Shown here in pieces: positions 25,939 to 33,268 of a stretch of DNA of 40,000 nt. The stretch's first letter is position 1. Each line of letters starts with the position of its first letter. The translations under genes and the position numbers were made by a program. The notes beneath the pieces are model-generated. The model was not told the DNA's origin and ran no database searches. It saw only the letters and a list, made by a program, of their open reading frames with translations. Source of the stretch: Phycisphaera sp. (lineage in GTDB: Bacteria > Planctomycetota > Phycisphaerae > Phycisphaerales > Phycisphaeraceae). The stretch is from the NCBI GenBank assembly GCA_016125215.1, contig WGMF01000021.1, forward strand, positions 10,439 to 50,438, written 5' to 3'.

Positions 25939-26031
25939 CGCCAGAAATGGGTGAAATACTCAAGTGGCAAACCGACATTTTTATCTGGAAGCTGTAGGCG
26001 AATGACCAATGAACAAATCCTAATGACCCAT
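25939..26031 (+). repeat. Direct repeat copy B (degenerate duplicate of the lutB 3' end plus repeat element)
   Basis: Translates as '..HRQKWVKYSSGKP..', compared with the LutB C-terminus '..FRQWWAKHSSGKP*'. See copy A. Confidence 0.7.
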
Positions 26032-26063
26032 GACAGACTTTCTCCATGGGTCATTTCTTTTCC
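26022..26063. terminator. Hairpin terminator between the lutB-remnant side and the convergent DUF4139 gene
   Basis: Perfect 11-bp stem aatgacccatg(26022-26032)/catgggtcatt(26045-26055) with a 12-nt loop, then tcttttcc. The opposite strand has a moderately U-rich tail. Confidence 0.6.
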
Positions 26064-26072
26064 GCTTCGAAC

Positions 26073-28160
26073 TCATCCCACGTTCAGGTTGCCCAGAAAC
26101 TTCGACAGTTCCTCGCGTTTGGCGTTGAGGTCGTTCTGTAAATCCTCGACCTGTTTTTCGAGGCGTTCGATGTCGTCCTCTTCGCTGCTGAGTTTGGCGA
26201 GGTAGCGTTTACCCAATGGCGAATCATTGCCCACGGTCTTGAGGTTTTCACGCAGGCGTTGCTGGCCGTTCTTGATGTCGTTGAGCTGTTTGGTGGCCTG
26301 GTTGAGCGACTGCTCGGTGTCGGCGATAGCCTGACGGCGTGCGGCGACATCCTCCAGGGCCTTGCGCACTTCGCCGGGGATCTCACCGTTGCGCTGGTAA
26401 TAAAGCAACTGACCCAGGTCGTAGTTGAGCAGGGCATAACCCTGGCTGGTCACCTGTTCTTCCTTCACGGGCAGGTCGACCGTCTTGCCCGCGGGTACGT
26501 CCACGGAAAAACGATAGAGGTCGGGGGTCTTCTCTTCATACTTGGCCGGCTCAAGGAGCTTGCGCGAGGCATCGAACGGGTGTTCGACGATGACCTTGCG
26601 GTCGGCATCCGCCTTGTTCTTGATCGAGTAAGTCTGGTCGTAAACATTGCGACGCGAAACGTAGAGCACCCCTTTGTTCACCCTGGCCGAGGTGATGTTC
26701 GATGACGATTTCACGGACGGGTCCACGATCACCGCCAGGTCCACCGCATACGAGAGCAGCCGTTTGTCGCCCGGTGCCAGGTGGTCGATCTGCGCGTCGC
26801 CTGCGTAGCTCGAACCATCGAAGACCGTGACCGGCCCGCCCAGGAGTTTGAGGTTGGTTGAGTTGGTCAGCCAAACGCCGTTGAGCGGGTGCGTGGTGTG
26901 GACGGATGGGTTGTAGATGCTGACCTTTGTGGCTTCCACCCCGTCGTTGACGATGGGGATCATCGCGCTGCGGCGGCGCGGCAGGTCGATGGGCTGCTGC
27001 ATGGTGTATTGGAAAAGCTCGCCGACGCTGCCCGCGCTGGCGGCGGACTGCACGGAGCCGGCGATGTCCAAAGATGGGGCGGGGGCATCCGACACCATAC
27101 CGCCGAAGAGCGCGGCACCGTTCCTGCCGCCTCCCGAGTAACCCCTCATCCGTCTGCTACCGGGCACGGTTAATGATTCATCCAATTCGGCCTTTGCCTC
27201 CGCGGCTTGCATACGACCGTCTTCCATTGCGATCCCTTCGCCATACACACGTGGCATGAGCGACGCCATCAGCGGCGGTTTCACCACCGGTCTTGTCGCG
27301 TAGAGCGGCGTGTAGAGGTCCATCACGAACGAGATCGGTCGGCCACTCACGAGCGAGAGCGTGATGCCCTTCCAGTCTGTGTCGCTGGTGTTCTCGACGA
27401 TGGCCCAGCCCTGGAGCACGGGCTTTTGCTTGTCCGCGATGGGGGAGAGGTCCAGCCGGTAGGCCGTCTTCCACACGGGGGACTCGACGAGGTAGCCCAC
27501 GCGGACGTTTCGTTCGCCCTTGCCTCGCAGGTCGAGTTCGACGGGCTTGCGCTCGGTGTCCCGCGCCGTGGCAAGCAGCGTCAGGGCTTTGTTCAGCTCG
27601 TCTGTGAGCTTGGCGTCGTCGAACTCGATGTTCTCGATGCTCTTGAGCGGCAGGGTCTTGATGCCGGTGTTGGTGACGAGCACCAGGTCGTATTCGGTCG
27701 TCTCGACGGAGGGGTTGCCCACCGCGACGGTGCGCTCCTGCACGGTGAGGATGCTGCCGTCGATCTTGTCCGGCGCGAGCACCGTGACCCTGGCCCCGCG
27801 CAGTTGACCCAGCAACGTGGGCATGTCGGGGTTGTCGGAGAGGTCGATGCCGAAACTGCGCAGGGCGCGTTCGAGCGGATCGTTGGACGGGTAGCTCACC
27901 GTGGTCACCGTGCCCCCGCCGGCGTCGGCAAAGACCAGCGACTTGAGCACGTCGTTGATCTGTTCGGTCTTGAATCCGATGGACAGCCGGGCATCGCCAT
28001 CGACCTTGCCCGCGTGCTCGAAATAACCCACGCCAGAGGAAAAAAGCACCGCCCGCTTAACGGGCAGGTCGGTGACGGGCGGAGCAGCCTGTTTGGCGTC
28101 CTGGGCAAACACCGACGAACACAGACCGATCCCGATAATCGACAGCGCAATAACACGCAT
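26073..28160 (-). CDS. Secreted DUF4139-type protein (MuiA-like family) with a C-terminal coiled coil
   Basis: Signal peptide 'MRVIALSIIGIGLCSSVFAQ'. 'VWKTAYRLDL', 'LQGWAIVENTSDTDWKGITLSLVSGRPISF' and 'GPVTVFDGSSYAGDAQIDHLAPGDKRLLSYAVDLAV' resemble DUF4140/DUF4139 signatures. The last ~90 aa are heptad-rich. GGAG lies 7 nt before the ATG. Confidence 0.65.
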   Translation of the reverse strand: MRVIALSIIGIGLCSSVFAQDAKQAAPPVTDLPVKRAVLFSSGVGYFEHAGKVDGDARLSIGFKTEQINDVLKSLVFADAGGGTVTTVSYPSNDPLERALRSFGIDLSDNPDMPTLLGQLRGARVTVLAPDKIDGSILTVQERTVAVGNPSVETTEYDLVLVTNTGIKTLPLKSIENIEFDDAKLTDELNKALTLLATARDTERKPVELDLRGKGERNVRVGYLVESPVWKTAYRLDLSPIADKQKPVLQGWAIVENTSDTDWKGITLSLVSGRPISFVMDLYTPLYATRPVVKPPLMASLMPRVYGEGIAMEDGRMQAAEAKAELDESLTVPGSRRMRGYSGGGRNGAALFGGMVSDAPAPSLDIAGSVQSAASAGSVGELFQYTMQQPIDLPRRRSAMIPIVNDGVEATKVSIYNPSVHTTHPLNGVWLTNSTNLKLLGGPVTVFDGSSYAGDAQIDHLAPGDKRLLSYAVDLAVIVDPSVKSSSNITSARVNKGVLYVSRRNVYDQTYSIKNKADADRKVIVEHPFDASRKLLEPAKYEEKTPDLYRFSVDVPAGKTVDLPVKEEQVTSQGYALLNYDLGQLLYYQRNGEIPGEVRKALEDVAARRQAIADTEQSLNQATKQLNDIKNGQQRLRENLKTVGNDSPLGKRYLAKLSSEEDDIERLEKQVEDLQNDLNAKREELSKFLGNLNVG

Positions 28161-28226
28161 GGCAAAACTCCGGGGTGTAAAGGTGTCAGGTCAGACGCAC
28201 GAACCGTCGATATGTTCCGCTTGACC

Positions 28227-29004
28227 GGGGATCAACGCAAATGAACGCGAGCAACGGTATGACGGGATCGCAGGATCAGCAGATTCACCTGGATGATTTT
28301 GTCCGTGACAGAGACCCTGACCGCGTTGAACAGGATCAGACACCCGCACCTGACCCTGGAATGCCAGCCCCGATCGGTGGGTGCGCCCGCGAGGTGGGGC
28401 ACTCACACCGCAATGCCCCGACGGGGCACGGAAGCTTGATGACCACAAAACCCGGTGACGCTCAGCCCGCGCATGTGCCGCATCGACCCGCTGCCATGAA
28501 CCGGCAATGACAGCGCCGGTCGGGGTGCTTGCACAACTCACGATCATCCTCACCGGTTCGATGGGTTATCCAGAGCAACCACAGATTTCACAGATGACGC
28601 AGATTCAGAGCGGGACATGTGAAGAGGTATCCGCAGATTACGCAGATTTCACAGACTCAGAGCGGGGGGCGGAGAAAGATCAATCCGCAGATGACACAGA
28701 TGCCGAGTCGGATGGGGCATGATCCAACCCATTCTGGTCCAACGCGAAGTAACCGAGCATAAAGCCGGCGATGTCATTGCCGGTCTACATATGCCTACGA
28801 CATACGTCTGTCACTCGCGCATTTCACCCACTGGCAAACAAGCCGTCAGTGGCACCCGTCCGAGGGTGGAGCACTTCATCACTCCAAATCCAGTTAACTC
28901 ACAACCTGTGCATGTACTGCAACGGCCCGCTGTCGGGGACCCACGATGCCATCGCCGGCTTTATGACGATCGGCATCTATTCGCGTTTATTGGCGTTCAT
29001 TCGC
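28227..29004. repeat. Non-coding island bounded by inverted trimeric decamer arrays (same family as 17261-17463)
   Basis: Positions 28227-28256 read ggggatcaac gcaaatgaac gcgagcaacg (degenerate). The reverse complement of 28975-29004 reads gcgaatgaac gccaataaac gcgaatagat. The 718 bp between them has no convincing ORF on either strand. Confidence 0.5.
28580..28717 (+). repeat. Three direct copies (period 52-54 nt) of a ~35-nt unit = (CRCAGATNN)x3 + AGAGCGGG
   Basis: Copies lie at 28580-28614, 28632-28666 and 28686-28717 (the last degenerate), separated by 17-19-nt unrelated spacers. Confidence 0.75.
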
Positions 29005-29028
29005 GGCTCTTCCTGAGGCTTGGACTAC

Positions 29029-30237
29029 TCACTCGTCCGATTCGGCGGGGATGGCTTCGTCGTCGCCCCCGCTCCCGCCCCCGGAAGATTTCAAGCTTGA
29101 GACGCCCTTGGTGTCGAGGACTTTCGTGCGGACCTCGGCGAAGAGTTCGGGGTTGTCCTTGAGGAAGGTCTTGGCGTTCTCCCGGCCCTGGCCGAGGCGC
29201 ACGTCGCCGTAGCTGAACCACGCGCCGGACTTGTCGACGATCTTTTCGTTGACCGCAAGGTCGAGCAGGTCGCCCGTGGCGCTGATGCCCGAGTCGAACA
29301 TGATGTCGAACTCGGCGTCGCGGAAGGGGGGGGCGACCTTGTTCTTGACCACCCGGGCACGGACGCGGTTGCCCACGGCGGTGTCGCCCTCCTTGATGGA
29401 GCCTGTGCGTCGGATGTCGATGCGGACGGAGGAGTAGAACTTGAGGGCGCGGCCGCCGGGCGTGGTTTCCGGGTTGCCGAACATGACGCCGATTTTTTCA
29501 CGGATCTGGTTGATGAAGACGACGGAGCAGCGTGACTTGGCAATGGCGCCGGTGAGCTTGCGCAGGGCCTGGCTCATGAGGCGGGCCTGCAGGCCAACGT
29601 GGGTGTCGCCCATCTCGCCCTCGATCTCGGCACGGGGGATGAGGGCGGCCACGGAGTCGACGACGATGACATCGACCGCGTTGGACCGCACGAGCAGTTC
29701 GCAGATTTCCAGGGCTTGCTCACCGGTGTCGGGCTGGGAGACGAGGAGGTCTTCGAGGTTGACACCCAGACGCCGCGACCACGAGGGGTCGAGCGCGTGC
29801 TCGGCATCGATGAAGGCGGCCACGCCCCCGGCGGCTTGGGCGCTGGCGATCACATGCAGGGCAAGTGTGGTTTTACCCGACGATTCCGGGCCGAACACTT
29901 CGATGACGCGACCCCGTGGGATGCCCCGGCCACCCAGTGCCAGGTCGAGACTGATGGAGCCGGTCGAGATGCCGGGCACGACGGACTCGGGGTTGTCGTC
30001 GAGTCGCATGATCGAGCCTTTGCCGAAGGATCGTTCGATCTGCCCGACGGCCTGTTCGAGGGCACGCGAGCGGTTGGCATCGACCGTGGAGGTCGAAGAA
30101 CCGGAGGACTTGGTGGAGGACTTGGCCATGGAGGAACCCCTCGATTTGAGCCTGGACGAGCCATTGGAAGGGGCGGCGTCCCGGGCGGCGGTTTCGGAAT
30201 CGGTTTCGTTCACGGTAGCGGTTGCGGCAATTACCAT
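29029..30237 (-). CDS. recA: Recombinase RecA (with an S/T-rich N-terminal extension)
   Basis: '[21 protein letters not shown]', Walker A '[12 protein letters not shown]', 'FIDAEHALD' and an acidic C-terminal tail. AGGAG lies 7 nt before ATG 30237; ATG 30129 (GAGGGG 7 nt upstream) is an alternative. The listed 30261 is a TTG. Confidence 0.93.
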   Translation of the reverse strand: MVIAATATVNETDSETAARDAAPSNGSSRLKSRGSSMAKSSTKSSGSSTSTVDANRSRALEQAVGQIERSFGKGSIMRLDDNPESVVPGISTGSISLDLALGGRGIPRGRVIEVFGPESSGKTTLALHVIASAQAAGGVAAFIDAEHALDPSWSRRLGVNLEDLLVSQPDTGEQALEICELLVRSNAVDVIVVDSVAALIPRAEIEGEMGDTHVGLQARLMSQALRKLTGAIAKSRCSVVFINQIREKIGVMFGNPETTPGGRALKFYSSVRIDIRRTGSIKEGDTAVGNRVRARVVKNKVAPPFRDAEFDIMFDSGISATGDLLDLAVNEKIVDKSGAWFSYGDVRLGQGRENAKTFLKDNPELFAEVRTKVLDTKGVSSLKSSGGGSGGDDEAIPAESDE

Positions 30238-30363
30238 ACCCTTGCTCCTGTTAGAGGTCAACGTTCGGTAGTTGTCAGGGTATTGTTTGTTCGGTATTTG
30301 TCAAGGGGTGTCTTGAAAATTTGTGTAGAAAATGTGTGTACGGTGACACATAGTTGTCACCGT

Positions 30364-31524
30364 CTACTGCCCAATAGCGTCGCGATGGTGTTGTCGGTAT
30401 TGTCCCGGGCTTAAGCCGAGGTGTTGTTTGAATTGTCGGTAGAGGTTGATGCGGTCTTTGAAGCCACAGTCCGTTGCCACGTTGTCGATGGCTTTGTCGC
30501 TGTTGACGAGCACACGCTTGGCTTTATCGAGTCGGATGCGTGTGAGGACCGCGACGGGGGATTGGCTGGTGTCTTTGTGGAAGGCGGCGTAGAGGCGGGA
30601 CTGGGACATGCCGCTGGCACGGACGAGATCGGGCAGGCCGATGGGTTTGGGATAATGATCGAGCATGTAGCGGATGGCCCTGGCGACGCCGGGGGTCTGG
30701 GCGGCAATGGTGTCGGTGCTTGCGCGTGTGGCAATGCCGGTGGGGGGGATCAGGATGGGTTTGTCCGGGGGCGGGTGTGGCTGACCATCCATCATCGAGT
30801 CCAGCAGGTCGCAGGCGATGCGTGTCTGCGTGTCGAAGTCGACGGTGACGCTCGAGAGGGGGATGGTGGTGCTGTGTCTGAACAGGGGCATGTCGAGCAT
30901 GCCCAGGACGCCGACGTCGTCGGGGATTTTCAATCCGATCGTCTGGCAGGCTTCGATGACCTCGACCGCGCTGGCGTCGTCCACAGCGAAGACCGCGACG
31001 GGCTTGTGCAGTTGTCGGAGCAACTCGCAGAGAAGTTGATGTCGTGTGGTCCACTCGTTGAGGTCGTCTAGGTCCGTGTGGGCATCGGGCATGCGTGTCA
31101 CGGTGTGGCCGAATGTAGCGAGTTTTTCCGCATAGGCTTTGTAGCGCTGGTTGCCCGCGTGTTGATCGCTACGGCCGTACATGGCAAAGGATGTGAAGCC
31201 GCGTTCGAGAAAGTGGTCAGCCGCGAGTTGGCCTGCGATTTTGTTGTCGATGCCCACGCGTGGGATGGGGATGTGCGGGTGATTGAGGCTCAGGGAAACC
31301 GCTGGGCAGCCAGCCCGTTGAATCAGGCGCTCAAGTTCCGTCACAACACTCCCGAGGTTTGTCAGGATGCCGTCGCCGTTCCATTTTTCGGGCAGCCGAC
31401 CGCTCAGGGCGGGGTCGAGATTCAGGTGCCAGCCATGAGCGGCGGCATGGCGAGCGATGCCTTGCATGAGGTCTTCGTGCCACCACGGGGCGGCAAAGAG
31501 GACGCGTTTGATGTTGTGCTCCAT
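30364..31524 (-). CDS. XylR-like regulator: periplasmic-binding-protein-type sugar sensor domain fused to an AraC-type HTH
   Basis: The C-terminal 'LPDLVRASGMSQSRLYAAFHK...IDNVATDCGFKDRINLYRQFKQHLGLSPGQYR' is an AraC/XylS HTH pair. The N-terminal ~270 aa are LacI/PBP-I-like. Confidence 0.85.
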   Translation of the reverse strand: MEHNIKRVLFAAPWWHEDLMQGIARHAAAHGWHLNLDPALSGRLPEKWNGDGILTNLGSVVTELERLIQRAGCPAVSLSLNHPHIPIPRVGIDNKIAGQLAADHFLERGFTSFAMYGRSDQHAGNQRYKAYAEKLATFGHTVTRMPDAHTDLDDLNEWTTRHQLLCELLRQLHKPVAVFAVDDASAVEVIEACQTIGLKIPDDVGVLGMLDMPLFRHSTTIPLSSVTVDFDTQTRIACDLLDSMMDGQPHPPPDKPILIPPTGIATRASTDTIAAQTPGVARAIRYMLDHYPKPIGLPDLVRASGMSQSRLYAAFHKDTSQSPVAVLTRIRLDKAKRVLVNSDKAIDNVATDCGFKDRINLYRQFKQHLGLSPGQYRQHHRDAIGQ

Positions 31525-31728
31525 GTCAATTCAGATAATTTAAGGATATCAGACACAATATGGTAAATATTGTAACATATAATAAAATTAATGATATTGA
31601 TTTTATTTAGCTTTTTGGTATTCTTGAGGTTAGATTTCAGGAACAAATCATAACCGGTTGTTAGGTGTGTTCTTGATGTCTCGCGGTTGTGTGTCTTGAT
31701 GGTTGAATTTGCAAAGCAGGAGGATTCG

Positions 31729-32388
31729 ATGAAATCGAGTTTAATCGGACCAGTGGTGGTTCTTGGCCTCTTCACCGGGGCCATCACGACACAGGCGGCG
31801 ACAATCCTGGCGGACTACCCTTTCACAGGAAGCAGCCTTGCTTCCACCGACGCCTCAGCGAACTGGGACACAACGGCCCTCGGCTCCGGCGGGGGGGTGC
31901 CTCTTGCCTTCGACAACAGTGTTGGCAACCCCGCGCCTTCGCTGGCTCTGAGCATGGGGAACATCAACGATGGGACGTTCCTTGACGACGATTATTACGT
32001 CTTGACCATCACGCCCGATGCCGGTTGGAGCATCGATTTCACATCGTTCAGCTTCGATATCAACAAAATCTCGGGTGGAGCCAATGTGGACGCCCGCCTC
32101 TATTCGTCGATCGGCGGTTTCACGGCTGGGCAGGAGCTGGGCACCTTCAGCGCCAGCGCGACGAACTCGTGGTACTCGCCGAGCTTTGACATCAGCAGCC
32201 TGCCTTCCGTCTCTACCGCGACCGAGTTTCGGCTGTACCTCTTGACCACCGGCACCTTTGGCGCCAACCAGATCAAGCTGGACAACCTCCAGATCGAAGG
32301 CACACCGGGACAGATTCCCGAGCCGGCGTCGATGGTGATGCTGGGTTTGGGTCTGTTGGGTCTGATCACACGCAGAAGGCCCGGCTGA
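31729..32388 (+). CDS. PEP-CTERM sorting-domain secreted protein
   Basis: GGAGGA lies 4 nt before ATG 31729. Signal peptide 'MKSSLIGPVVVLGLFTGAITTQA'. C-terminal 'IPEPASMVMLGLGLLGLITRRRPG' is PEP + TM + basic tail. Confidence 0.85.
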   Translation: MKSSLIGPVVVLGLFTGAITTQAATILADYPFTGSSLASTDASANWDTTALGSGGGVPLAFDNSVGNPAPSLALSMGNINDGTFLDDDYYVLTITPDAGWSIDFTSFSFDINKISGGANVDARLYSSIGGFTAGQELGTFSASATNSWYSPSFDISSLPSVSTATEFRLYLLTTGTFGANQIKLDNLQIEGTPGQIPEPASMVMLGLGLLGLITRRRPG

Positions 32389-32467
32389 AATTGATCTTTT
32401 CAGACGTGCAACGGCTACATCGTTATTTCCAATCCACGAGATCAGCAAGAACGTTCAGGAGGTTCAG

Positions 32468-33169
32468 ATGATGAAAGTTTCTTTAATCATCGTGAGTACC
32501 GTCGTGGGTATCGCCGCGGTCAGCGCAAACGCCGCGGTGCTTTTCACCGACTTCGACAACACCGGAGTGAGTGGCGGCGATATGGTCGGCGTCGTCTGGA
32601 CCGAGAACGGCTTGTCCGCACCGACCACACTGGGTGCCTCGGCCAGCGTAAGGTCCGGACTCACCGGTGACGGCGATGTGGAGGGCGGATACTTCAGCCC
32701 CAACGCGAACGTCAACGGTTCGTCTGAAGGATCGCCCGCGTGGACTGCCACGTGGACCATCACCGTCGGAGCCGGCAACGTCGAACTGACCGACATCGTG
32801 CTCCGCTCAGCGGAGTCCAACAGCGGTGCCCTGCTCGGTGGCGGTAACGGGGGCAGCAATATCAAGCTGACCATCAAGGACAATACCACCACCAACGAGA
32901 TCGCCAACCAGACGCAAGCACGCAGCGACCAGTCCGGTGTATCGCAGTCACTGACCTACACCCTTCCACTGACACTGACAGCGGGCAACACCTACGACGT
33001 AACCTTCGCGGTCTGGGAACTTGGCACGACTTCATCGGGTCACTACGAGTCCATGGACTCACTCGAGTTCAATGGGAGTGTGACCCCCGTCCCCGAGCCG
33101 GCGACGCTGGCACTGCTGGGCATCGGCGGGTTGATGTTGATCCCACGTAAGCGTCACGCAAAAGCCTGA
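32468..33169 (+). CDS. PEP-CTERM sorting-domain secreted protein (second, distantly related architecture)
   Basis: AGGAGG precedes ATG 32468. Signal peptide 'MMKVSLIIVSTVVGIAAVSANA'. C-terminal 'VPEPATLALLGIGGLMLIPRKRHAKA'. Confidence 0.85.
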   Translation: MMKVSLIIVSTVVGIAAVSANAAVLFTDFDNTGVSGGDMVGVVWTENGLSAPTTLGASASVRSGLTGDGDVEGGYFSPNANVNGSSEGSPAWTATWTITVGAGNVELTDIVLRSAESNSGALLGGGNGGSNIKLTIKDNTTTNEIANQTQARSDQSGVSQSLTYTLPLTLTAGNTYDVTFAVWELGTTSSGHYESMDSLEFNGSVTPVPEPATLALLGIGGLMLIPRKRHAKA

Positions 33170-33213
33170 GAGACCACCGGCGGTCACGAAGCGATTTTTC
33201 CAGCTCCTGCTCC

Positions 33214-33257
33214 ACCCGTCTTCCCTCTGGGACGGGTTCTTCATCTTGTGTTGTTTC
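33214..33257 (+). terminator. Probable intrinsic terminator after the PEP-CTERM pair
   Basis: Stem acccgtc(33214-33220)/gacgggt(33231-33237), then a T-rich tcttcatcttgtgttgtttc. Confidence 0.5.
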
Positions 33258-33268
33258 ACCGCTCAGCA

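Noticed and set aside
25897-26205. 102-aa + strand ORF containing 'RQKWVKYSSGKP'
   Set aside because: Its only meaningful similarity is to the LutB C-terminus, because it reads through the duplicated lutB 3' segment. The rest is repeat element plus sequence antisense to the DUF4139 gene.
28580-28717. CRISPR-like look of three regularly spaced direct repeats
   Set aside because: There are only three copies, the third degenerate. The spacers are 17-19 nt, far too short. The repeats are internally trimeric like the dispersed elements, and no cas genes are in the window.
28507-28722. ORF encoding 'SADYADFTDSERG...' and similar repeat-derived ORFs (8173-8406, 38022-38309, 38117-38302, 28719-29162, 17106-17516)
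   Set aside because: They are translations of the dispersed nonamer/decamer/12-mer repeat elements. The same peptide strings recur wherever the DNA repeat recurs.
31422-31787. 121-aa - strand ORF spanning the A/T-rich divergent region
   Set aside because: It is a low-complexity translation of A/T-rich promoter DNA that overlaps the 5' end of the XylR-like gene in another frame. It has no start context.
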